This document shows, piece after piece, positions 30,426 to 39,243 of a stretch of 64,000 nucleotides of DNA; within the stretch, counting starts at the first letter, position 1; the number at the start of each line of letters is the position of its first letter. Under the pieces are notes generated by a model, which ran no database searches, had not been told where the DNA came from, and was given only the letters and a program-made list of their open reading frames with translations. Source of the DNA: a virus; the IMG/VR virus record IMGVR_UViG_3300035182_000466, positions 64,001-128,000 of that record. The stretch is one strand, 5' to 3'. Both the position numbers and the translations under genes were made by a program.

Positions 30426-32456
30426 ATGATTTTAGATCCAATAGTATATTTACCTTTAGACTCAGACTTAAAAGATTACTCAGGAGGTGGATTTGATGCC
30501 ACCTCCTATGAGTTCTCTGAAATAAAATACTCCAATATTTCATTTAGAAATTCATCTGTAGTATTAGATAGAGACTATTTATATAATCCTTCCGCCCTAC
30601 CTATAGTAAACGACTTTACTATAGTCCTCGCTATTAATCCAAACAAAGATCTAGTTGGATTAATACCTTTAGTTTTCCTTGGCTCTAACTTAACCGGAAT
30701 AGGCCTTAGTTTAGTATGTGGTAGACCTTATGGAGAATATCCATATGGTAAAGATCCATATGGAGGATTCTATAGTTTATCTTTACTAATAGGTACTGGT
30801 TTATCTTTAGAACAAATATTTATTGGTTATGATATTAAATTTTCTCGTTGGACACCTATCTTTTTAAGAAGAAAGTCTAATGTTTTAACCTTACATATTG
30901 GAATGTATAAAGTATATACTGATAATAACTTTTTATATTCTCTTAATTTAGACTCTGGATATAATATAGGGACTATACCTCCAGATAGGTCTTACTATTA
31001 TACTGGCGGATTAGATGAGTTTTATATTTATAATAAAGCCTTAACTGACGAGCAGTATAAATTATTCTTTCCTATAGTTTACAGAAAATACAATCAAAAA
31101 ATTACTATTTCACAAGATAGATTTATAAAGTATAAGATAGGTTCAGATCCTATTGATACAACAGAAAAAACTTATGAAAATAGTATATGCCATTGCTCCT
31201 TAGCTACTAATTCCTATGATTTTATCTCAACTTTAAAACATGTTGCAACCAATTCTGAAATAAAAATACTTGGTAATATAAACCACTCCACTCCCATAGA
31301 CTTTTCGTACTCTGCTTCAACTTCTGTTGATAAAGCCACTTTATGCTTTAATACAACTAATTTTAAATCTTGGGTTTATCATAAAGACATTAATACAATA
31401 GTACCTTCTTACGTTTCAAGTATTTTAGATAGAGCTATTAATACAATAATTCCTTTATACTTAATGAATATACCACATGCTTATTTAGCATCTCTTTCAA
31501 AAATATTTTCTATAAGTTCTTTAATGGAATACTCTATATTAACTTGTTTACCTGGAGCATTAAGTAATGAATTTAAGTATAGTCTAACTTTAAGTTCCTT
31601 AGATACAGAGACTAAAAATTTATCTAAGTATATTTTCTTTAACTTAGGATTAGATACAACTGGTACTATAGCAATTTCAAAAGAGGCAACTTTCTCGAGT
31701 GTTAAAGTACATCCAAAAGAATTATCTAAAATTAGAACATTCATAGAAAGAATAGTTAGTAATAATCTTATTAATACTGAATCCTTATGCATAGATTTAC
31801 CTATGTATAATGTACATGAACTTTATTCTAATCCTTCTTATATAAACTTTTCTATAAGAAATGGTAAATCTTTTAGTGTTAATCATGTTTCATTTGTTTA
31901 TAACAATAGAAAAAATGTTAGCCCTCTTTATATAAATATAGTATACCTTAATTATAAAAAACAAAAAGAAACTAAGTGGTTTACACCAGTTCAAAAACAT
32001 AGAAAAGTGATAGGTTCTGAAAAAACTATAGCTGTTGATATTAGTTATGACAACATAAAACCAACTAATGATTTGAAGTTTATAAATATAGTAAAAGATA
32101 ACTATAGCAGTATCTCAAAGGAGTTTGAAAGATATAGAAAATTAGTTAAGATAAAGTTAGACTCAACGTATGACAGGAAAGCACCTTCTAAAGGAAAAAC
32201 CTGTAACTTATATGCAGTTAAAAAAATGAAACAGTCTTCAATATCTTCAGAAAAACAAGTTGCTAAAAGAGCTACAACTAAAGCCTCTATATCTTCTAAG
32301 GTAGATCTAGATTTTATTAAGAGAATTAGTGTAAATGCTAGTGTAAAATCTAGCTTCTCTAAATACTTATTAGATAATAAAAAATCCTCTATGATATTTG
32401 GCAAGACTCGTAGGATACTAATAACTTGCCGTCCTTATCAAGAGCAAGAGAATTAA
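30426..32456 (+). CDS. LamG/concanavalin-like domain protein
   Basis: VYLPLDSDLKDYSG, FTIVLAIN and YTGGLDEFYIYNKALT are LamG-like hallmarks; basic C-terminal region. Confidence 0.7.
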   Translation: MILDPIVYLPLDSDLKDYSGGGFDATSYEFSEIKYSNISFRNSSVVLDRDYLYNPSALPIVNDFTIVLAINPNKDLVGLIPLVFLGSNLTGIGLSLVCGRPYGEYPYGKDPYGGFYSLSLLIGTGLSLEQIFIGYDIKFSRWTPIFLRRKSNVLTLHIGMYKVYTDNNFLYSLNLDSGYNIGTIPPDRSYYYTGGLDEFYIYNKALTDEQYKLFFPIVYRKYNQKITISQDRFIKYKIGSDPIDTTEKTYENSICHCSLATNSYDFISTLKHVATNSEIKILGNINHSTPIDFSYSASTSVDKATLCFNTTNFKSWVYHKDINTIVPSYVSSILDRAINTIIPLYLMNIPHAYLASLSKIFSISSLMEYSILTCLPGALSNEFKYSLTLSSLDTETKNLSKYIFFNLGLDTTGTIAISKEATFSSVKVHPKELSKIRTFIERIVSNNLINTESLCIDLPMYNVHELYSNPSYINFSIRNGKSFSVNHVSFVYNNRKNVSPLYINIVYLNYKKQKETKWFTPVQKHRKVIGSEKTIAVDISYDNIKPTNDLKFINIVKDNYSSISKEFERYRKLVKIKLDSTYDRKAPSKGKTCNLYAVKKMKQSSISSEKQVAKRATTKASISSKVDLDFIKRISVNASVKSSFSKYLLDNKKSSMIFGKTRRILITCRPYQEQEN

Positions 32457-32495
32457 TGTAAATGCTAGTGTAAAATCTAGCTTCTCTAAATACTT
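32319..32495 (+). repeat. 50-bp direct repeat (32319-32368 and 32446-32495), one mismatch
   Basis: AAGAGAATTA[G/A]TGTAAATGCTAGTGTAAAATCTAGCTTCTCTAAATACTT occurs twice, 127 bp apart. Confidence 0.9.
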
Positions 32496-32533
32496 GATGA
32501 ATACTATGACGGAGATGTGATAGGAAAACTATT

Positions 32534-33673
32534 ATGGCTATTTATGATCTTACACCTAATATTGGATTAAAAAATATAAAAATTGGTGAACGTCCTTGGG
32601 GTAATGAAGAACGAGAGAATAAAATAATCTTAGATAGTGTTATATCTAACATATCTAACAGCGGGAAATTAAAGATAAGTTTAAAACCACAAAATGCAAT
32701 TAAACTAGTAGTTTCTAGTGCTGTTATAGAAACATTAGCTCATAATGAACCAGTTGTATCATTTGAACCTATAACTGAAATTGGGTGGTTAATTACAGCC
32801 GCTGAAACCTATGAATATTCACCAAGAGCAATACCATTTGTATCAAAAAGTTTAGTTACAACTAATATAGGAAAAACTTTTTTATATGGTGACACTGATA
32901 GTAATTTTATCAATGAAATAATGCCTAATGATGAAATAAAAGTAGGAGAACTTACCTGTATTGTTAAAAATGTTACTGCAAGTGTATTAGAGGTAGATAA
33001 AACTTTCTCTGAACAGCTTAATGGTGTTCAGATGATAGTAAATCCTTCTGGATCAGATAGAGTAAAACTTGAAGTTAAATGGGTAGCACCTAGTGCATGT
33101 ACTAATGTGGCTTGGGGTTTTAACCTAAATACTTTACTTGATGGTGAAGAGTATGACATTCAAGATATTCTGGTAAAAAAGATTCATTCATTTGTGGACT
33201 TTACTTCTACTGAAGCAAATAAAGTAACTACTTCAACTTACATTTTTTCACCAGAAGTATTTGAAATAAATCCAGGTAAGCCAAGTATATTTAAATTATC
33301 TTATACTACAAGTTCACCAGAAACAACAATTAAAGTATTAAGTGTAGACTTTACACTAGCTAGAGAAAAGAACGTACCTTGCTTTTTAAATAATATTTAT
33401 AATATAAATGTCGAAGAATTAGATACAGTAACTACTGAGTATACTTATGATTCCGATGGAAATATTATAGAGAGCTCAGAAATTTTAGTAGGAGGTTTAA
33501 CTAGAATTACTAATTTTGTTTATGATGCAGAGTTTAATATAATACAGCAAAGAATTGACTTCGATAACTCAATTACAACAGAAGACTATACTTATGATAC
33601 ACTCGGTAATATAATTAGAATAGATAAAAGTATAGTACCTTCATATAAACCTAATACAGTAATTTTTCCATAA
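32534..33673 (+). CDS. structural protein with C-terminal YD-like repeats
   Basis: TPNIGL..GERPWG N-terminus; EYTYDSDGNII, FVYDAEFNII, DYTYDTLGNII. Confidence 0.6.
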   Translation: MAIYDLTPNIGLKNIKIGERPWGNEERENKIILDSVISNISNSGKLKISLKPQNAIKLVVSSAVIETLAHNEPVVSFEPITEIGWLITAAETYEYSPRAIPFVSKSLVTTNIGKTFLYGDTDSNFINEIMPNDEIKVGELTCIVKNVTASVLEVDKTFSEQLNGVQMIVNPSGSDRVKLEVKWVAPSACTNVAWGFNLNTLLDGEEYDIQDILVKKIHSFVDFTSTEANKVTTSTYIFSPEVFEINPGKPSIFKLSYTTSSPETTIKVLSVDFTLAREKNVPCFLNNIYNINVEELDTVTTEYTYDSDGNIIESSEILVGGLTRITNFVYDAEFNIIQQRIDFDNSITTEDYTYDTLGNIIRIDKSIVPSYKPNTVIFP

Positions 33674-33691
33674 TTTATGTAGGAGCAAGTT

Positions 33692-34801
33692 ATGTCGCTT
33701 TCCTTACCTGTTGTTCTTACTTTTGTTAAGAACAAGTTAAAAGCTTATTATACTAAAATCCAAATAGATTCTCTTCTTAAACGTACAAAACAGAGTTGTA
33801 TAGTAGACTTTACTTTACCTGCACATTCTTTTACTGTAGGTAACTGGGTTATTCAAACATCTAGTGGATTAGAAAAAGGTATAGCTACAGCTCCAGAGAC
33901 TTCTGATGTTATAGGAGTAATAGTAGCTACAACTTTAGATACTATTTCAGTGTGCACTTCAGGATATATACAAGAATTAACAGGATTGATTCCAGGCTCA
34001 GTGTATTTTTTATCGGACGTTACTCCAGGAGAAATGATTATTAATGGTCCAACAGATTTAGATCATGTTAGTAAACCTGTATTTTTAGCAGTGTCTACAA
34101 CTTCAGGTGTAATTTTAAATCAGAGGGGTATAGTTTTAACTAACACTGATCTTGATTTAGGAATAAAAATTGCTAAAGACGGAACAGAATTTACTGATAC
34201 TGTAAAAGTTTTAAATTTTGAAAAAATGTTATGTACTGAGACTGATCCTGGAAAATTTACACTATCAGTAGATGATTCTCCATTAGATAAAAAAGAAGAT
34301 AAAATAAACAAAAACGTAGCAAATGGTTATTTAGGACTAGATACTGATGCTAAGGTTCCACCAGATTATTTAAGTAAACTTTTAAATGATTTAGACACAA
34401 CAGGATCTACTAATAGAGCGTGGAGTTCATCATATACCTTAAGTAGAATAAATAGTCCAAGTTTAAAGAACTATAAAGAAGTTTTAGTAAATTTAGGAAA
34501 TATATCTGGAAACGTAACGTTAGATCTTACTCAAGGTAATGTTTTTGTAGCTACACTTACAGGAAACGTGGTATTAAATCTTTCTGGAGCAACTTCTGGC
34601 TATGCACATAGTTGTACCTTTATACTGACAAATGACTCAGTGGCAAATAGGACATTAAATTTCTCTTCAACAGTAAAATATCAGAAAGGTATTGTACCAT
34701 CTAGGACACTTACTGCTAATGCTACAGATATATGGACATTTTATACTTGGTCTGCAGGAGCTACATGGTTGGCATCTATATCTATTCTGGATTTAAAGTG
34801 A
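33692..34801 (+). CDS. tail fibre-like protein
   Basis: GLIPGSVYFLS, NVANGYLGLDTDAKVP, TLDLTQGNVFVATLTGN fibre motifs. Confidence 0.65.
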   Translation: MSLSLPVVLTFVKNKLKAYYTKIQIDSLLKRTKQSCIVDFTLPAHSFTVGNWVIQTSSGLEKGIATAPETSDVIGVIVATTLDTISVCTSGYIQELTGLIPGSVYFLSDVTPGEMIINGPTDLDHVSKPVFLAVSTTSGVILNQRGIVLTNTDLDLGIKIAKDGTEFTDTVKVLNFEKMLCTETDPGKFTLSVDDSPLDKKEDKINKNVANGYLGLDTDAKVPPDYLSKLLNDLDTTGSTNRAWSSSYTLSRINSPSLKNYKEVLVNLGNISGNVTLDLTQGNVFVATLTGNVVLNLSGATSGYAHSCTFILTNDSVANRTLNFSSTVKYQKGIVPSRTLTANATDIWTFYTWSAGATWLASISILDLK

Positions 34802-34808
34802 GATCCTT

Positions 34809-35747
34809 ATGTTCTTTGATAGATTTTTTTGGAGTTCAAATAGTGCTCCTAGTTATACAATATTAAAAGCAACAAACATAGCTACAACAAGTTGCACTTT
34901 ATCTTGGAGTGCTGCTACAGATATAAACAATGATCCTGTTACTTATTTTTTATATAGAGATGATATACTGATAGCCTCAAATTTACAAGTGTTGACTTAT
35001 TCTGTTACTGGAATGACTCCAGGATCATCTGTTACCTTTTCTATTGAAACTTATGATGGAAAAGTATATGGACCAAGAACTTCTATTGTAGTAACTTTCG
35101 TAAAAACATGGGCTCAAGTATATGAAAAATGGTATAGATTCTCTCATGATACTACAACGAATCAACCTGCCAATGCTTCAGAATTGACTACATGGACATA
35201 TGATGCCACTGGTGATTATATTCAGAATAACACTAATAGCGTTACCTACATTGGATTTATAAGTACTGAATACTACGAAAACTACTATTTTCAGATACAA
35301 TTAACTGCAAACTCTGATGATGATGACTGTATCTCTGTAGTTTTAGCTTTTGCAGTAGATGAAAAAGGTTTTGAGCATACACTATCAGCTGTACGATTAA
35401 GAAACAATAATCAATTCTATCCAAAATTACAATGGGCAATTGTTTATGACTATAATAGATCAACTCAAGCATTACTAGCTAATGGTGATAGTAAGATTGC
35501 TATTTCTGTTGGTAGTTGGAATACAGTACCTAATGGAACTACTGTAAGAGTGGAGAGAACTGGTGATATTTTTGTTGCTAAATGCTCACCATTTAATAGT
35601 ACCGTTGTATCTGATGCTTCAGCTTTAACTATTGACTTAAATTCAGATGCAAGATTAGCTGTTTTTAAAGGCCCTCAAAGATATGGAATAGGTTGTTTAA
35701 GTCAGCAATATTCTCGTTATTCAAATCTAATTTTTAATTATAGCTAA
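34809..35747 (+). CDS. FN3 plus lectin-like domain protein (paralog A)
   Basis: FN3-like TLSWSAATD..VTYFLY..YSVTGMTPG; C-domain WYRFSH..SDDDDCI..EHTLSAVR. Confidence 0.7.
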   Translation: MFFDRFFWSSNSAPSYTILKATNIATTSCTLSWSAATDINNDPVTYFLYRDDILIASNLQVLTYSVTGMTPGSSVTFSIETYDGKVYGPRTSIVVTFVKTWAQVYEKWYRFSHDTTTNQPANASELTTWTYDATGDYIQNNTNSVTYIGFISTEYYENYYFQIQLTANSDDDDCISVVLAFAVDEKGFEHTLSAVRLRNNNQFYPKLQWAIVYDYNRSTQALLANGDSKIAISVGSWNTVPNGTTVRVERTGDIFVAKCSPFNSTVVSDASALTIDLNSDARLAVFKGPQRYGIGCLSQQYSRYSNLIFNYS

Positions 35748-35758
35748 CTGGAGACATT

Positions 35759-37237
35759 ATGTCTAAACCAAGTACAATAATTTTATCTTCTTACTTTGCA
35801 AATTCAGGAGTAGATTCGAATTTAGTTTGGAAGAATCCTATTAGTAATAGAGGTCTATCAGACATAGATGCTTTAACTTTGACTTTTTTAAATCCAGTAG
35901 ATGGAACTACTTCTTCTATTATAGAAACTGGAAAAATATATAGATATAGTTCTGTGTCTTCTACTTGGATAGACATTTCTAGCTCACATGGATTTTCTGG
36001 ACATGAAATAATTGATGCCAAGACAAATTGTACTTTAAAACTAAACAGAGGACTAGATGCAGATAAACCTGTAACACTAGAGGAAGGTGAGCCATATTTC
36101 TCTTTAGATACAAATGCTTTATACATAGGAAATTCTGCTAAAAATTTAATTGAGATAAAAGATATTTATTTACAGAGTACAGAACCTATAAATAAGAATA
36201 AGTTATGGCTAGATCCAATACTTGGAACTTTTTATTTTTATGATTTTTCTGATTCTACTTGGAAAGATATTATACATTCAAAATTAGGTTCTTCTGATAT
36301 AACTGCACTACTTTCACAAAAAGCAGATAAAGCAACTACCTTATCTGGTTATGCTATTACAGATGCTTATACTAAGTCAGAAGTTAATTCAAGCCTGGAC
36401 TTAAAATTTGATAAAACTGGTGGTAAAATATCAGGAGCAGTTGAATTAGGATCATATCTTTTTAGAACTACTCAAGATGGTACTTCATATTTTATGCAGC
36501 AAGATGGCACAGGTAACTTACACTGGTATTGGAATACTATTGGTGGTACTTCTCCAGTTTTTGAAAGATCCAATACTGGTGCCTCTGATATAATGCAAGA
36601 TATAACATCTAATGGATTAGCATACTTTAAGTATAGATACTCTGATGGTTCAACTAAGTCGGCTGGTGATTCAATAAAATGGACTGATATACTTTACGCT
36701 GATTCAAATAATGTCTTTAAGTTTTTAGATAAGGATGTTTGGCACAAAGGCAATTTAGAATCTGCTTATACTAAGGCAGAGACTGATACACTACTATTAG
36801 AAAAAGAAAATAAATTACCTACTCCTACAAGTATAAGTCTTATACAAAAAAGTCCTGAAGGTGTTTACTCATTTGCTAAATATCCAAAAGAGTCTTTTGG
36901 TATAGCCTTGAGTGATGAAGTTACACCTTTAGTAGCAGGATCGAATAAACTTATTTTTAGGATGCCGTATGCTTTTAATCTATTAGAAATAAGAGCATCA
37001 GTAAGTTATGAGTCCACTTCTGGAAATATAACCCTAGATATAAAACATAATGGAGTAAGCGTAACAAATTCTTATGTAGTAATAGACGCAGGGTCTAAGA
37101 CTAGTTTAAATTCTAGTAGTAGCTTTGTTATAACAACTACCAGTCTATTAGATGACTCTGAGATAACTATAGACTTAGTTTCAGCAGGTACGAATAGTAC
37201 AGGACTCAAATTATGGTTAATAGGTAGACAGCTATGA
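35759..37237 (+). CDS. tail fibre protein
   Basis: LEEGEPYFSLDTNALYIG, KADKATTLSGYAITDAYTKSEV, FDKTGGKISG, VWHKGNL fibre motifs. Confidence 0.75.
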   Translation: MSKPSTIILSSYFANSGVDSNLVWKNPISNRGLSDIDALTLTFLNPVDGTTSSIIETGKIYRYSSVSSTWIDISSSHGFSGHEIIDAKTNCTLKLNRGLDADKPVTLEEGEPYFSLDTNALYIGNSAKNLIEIKDIYLQSTEPINKNKLWLDPILGTFYFYDFSDSTWKDIIHSKLGSSDITALLSQKADKATTLSGYAITDAYTKSEVNSSLDLKFDKTGGKISGAVELGSYLFRTTQDGTSYFMQQDGTGNLHWYWNTIGGTSPVFERSNTGASDIMQDITSNGLAYFKYRYSDGSTKSAGDSIKWTDILYADSNNVFKFLDKDVWHKGNLESAYTKAETDTLLLEKENKLPTPTSISLIQKSPEGVYSFAKYPKESFGIALSDEVTPLVAGSNKLIFRMPYAFNLLEIRASVSYESTSGNITLDIKHNGVSVTNSYVVIDAGSKTSLNSSSSFVITTTSLLDDSEITIDLVSAGTNSTGLKLWLIGRQL

Positions 37238-38166
37238 GTTTTATTTTAAATCCTTATACTTTTCAAACCGTGGCTCCTGAACCTTATTTAGTTTTAGATG
37301 TAACCAATATTACAGATGTTAGTTGTACTTTAAATTTTAACTTATACAATTTTTCTTCTCCTGTAACTTATACAATTTTAAGAGGCTCTGAAATATTAGC
37401 TCAAAATTATTCAGGAACATCGTTTAATGTAACGGAAAGCACTGCAGGATTAACTGTAAATTATACTATAGTGGCGTATAGTGGCTCCTTAGAAAAAGCT
37501 ACAACAAATAAAACTGTATCGTATGTTAAGACATGGGCTCAAGTATTTAATGACTGGAGAAGATTCTCTCATAATACTACTACTGAAAATCAACCTGCTA
37601 GTGCTACAGAAATATCTAGTTGGACCTATTCTTCTTCTACTAATAGTTTAAGTTGTCCAATTAATAGTTTAACTTATCTAGGATTAGTAAGCAATGAATT
37701 ATATACTTCTTATATACATAAAGCCCGGCTTACTTCTACAGCTTCCGATGATGACTTAATAGGTGTTATTATATCTTTTGCTGTAGACGGAAACGGAAGA
37801 GAGCATACATTATCTGCAGTCAGGACAAGAGGAGGTTTACAACCACGATGGGGTATTTATAAAAACTATAGAAGATCAGATCAGATACTTCTTATTGATG
37901 GCAACTCTAAAATAACTTCTCAGACTGGAGGATGGAATGCAGTATCTACAGGTACTACGGTTAAAATAACGAAGACAGACAATCTTATTGATGCACGTTG
38001 TTCTGTCTTTAATAGTACTTCTGTGCTATCTAGCTCCTCATTATTGCTAGACTTGTCTGCGGATCCAAACTTGTCTATTTTTAGGCAACCATGTGCATAT
38101 GGATATTCTGTATTTTCACAACCTAATACTACATACTCTAATATAGTTTTCTCTTATTCAGAATAA
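37234..38166 (+). CDS. FN3 plus lectin-like domain protein (paralog B)
   Basis: Co-linear with 34809: VKTWAQV..WRRFSH..NQPA..SDDDLI..EHTLSAVR..YSNIVFSYS. Confidence 0.7.
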   Translation: MSFILNPYTFQTVAPEPYLVLDVTNITDVSCTLNFNLYNFSSPVTYTILRGSEILAQNYSGTSFNVTESTAGLTVNYTIVAYSGSLEKATTNKTVSYVKTWAQVFNDWRRFSHNTTTENQPASATEISSWTYSSSTNSLSCPINSLTYLGLVSNELYTSYIHKARLTSTASDDDLIGVIISFAVDGNGREHTLSAVRTRGGLQPRWGIYKNYRRSDQILLIDGNSKITSQTGGWNAVSTGTTVKITKTDNLIDARCSVFNSTSVLSSSSLLLDLSADPNLSIFRQPCAYGYSVFSQPNTTYSNIVFSYSE

Positions 38167-38204
38167 TAATATTATATTAATTAGGAAGAGGAAGGTATAA
38201 TTTT

Positions 38205-38966
38205 ATGGGACTAATAAATTCTACAAGAGATATTTTAAGGGTAGGTTTAAGAGAAGGTGTTAGATATAGAGCTATAGTTACAGATAATAAAGACCCGAAG
38301 CAACTAGGAAGAATAAAATTTAAGATACCAAAATTCTTTGAGTTAGAATTAAAAGATTCTCCTTGGGCTATCTGTGCAAATGCTGGCATAGATGGTGGAA
38401 CAAAAGAATCTGGAAGTCTTGATATTCCTAGAATAGACTCTTTTGTAGAGATAATGTTTATGCATGGTAGTCCATATCATCCAAAGTATTTCTCAACAAC
38501 TTTATTTAAACCAAATCAATTAAAACAAGCACAGGTTAACTATCCTGATAGAAAAATAATAAGACTAAGTAATAAAGCCTTCCTTGTAGTTGACCTACAT
38601 AATAATCTTATTCAAGTTTATAATCCTGGTGATGTATCTATTGAGATAAATGGGAGTTGTGGAATAAACGTGCAAGGAACGACTACTTTATCTTCAGTAG
38701 GTGATACGACTATCTCAGTTAGTAAAGGTAACTTAAATGCAACTGTATTAAAAGGTGATGCTAATGTAGTAACAGAGAAAGGGGATATTATAGCTTCAAG
38801 TGCAAATGATGTCTCAGTTATAGCATCACATAATATTTATTTAACTGGTGGAAGTGGTGATGGTGACTTAGCTGGAGTAGTTACCGGAGCTTGTACTTGT
38901 GCGTTTACTGGTGGACCACATCCTGACTATTCTAATAATGTATTTGCAACTACAGGAGGAAGTTAG
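38205..38966 (+). CDS. baseplate central spike (gp5/gpV-like OB-fold plus beta-helix)
   Basis: YRAIVTDNKDPKQLGRIKFKIP..SPWA..IPRIDSFVEIMFMHGSPYHPKY; C-terminal CTC..GPH. Confidence 0.85.
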   Translation: MGLINSTRDILRVGLREGVRYRAIVTDNKDPKQLGRIKFKIPKFFELELKDSPWAICANAGIDGGTKESGSLDIPRIDSFVEIMFMHGSPYHPKYFSTTLFKPNQLKQAQVNYPDRKIIRLSNKAFLVVDLHNNLIQVYNPGDVSIEINGSCGINVQGTTTLSSVGDTTISVSKGNLNATVLKGDANVVTEKGDIIASSANDVSVIASHNIYLTGGSGDGDLAGVVTGACTCAFTGGPHPDYSNNVFATTGGS

Positions 38967-38967
38967 T

Positions 38968-39234
38968 ATGCCTTCAGACATGACAGGTCTAAATTCAGAA
39001 CGCCTAACACTAGTTTTACAAGAAGCTATGCAAAAGAAAGTTATGCAGTCACAGACTATAATGTTCAGTCTTGGATTAGATGGTACTGCTGCATTATATG
39101 ACTTTTGTAACATCATAGCTGAAGCTGTTTCTGAAGAAGTAATTAAAGAAATAACAATGCATAGTAAATTAGAAGCAATGTCTAGAGATGCCGGAATTGC
39201 TGGTTCTGGTATTATAACCGGTTCAGTTAGTTAG
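38968..39234 (+). CDS. small spike-associated protein
   Basis: AGGAGG RBS at 38954-38959 favours ATG 38968 over the track start at 38899. Confidence 0.6.
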   Translation: MPSDMTGLNSERLTLVLQEAMQKKVMQSQTIMFSLGLDGTAALYDFCNIIAEAVSEEVIKEITMHSKLEAMSRDAGIAGSGIITGSVS

Positions 39235-39243
39235 GAGTGAAGT

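Noticed and set aside
32319-32495. DGR template/variable repeat pair
   Set aside because: Only 50 bp with one mismatch, and no reverse transcriptase in the window.
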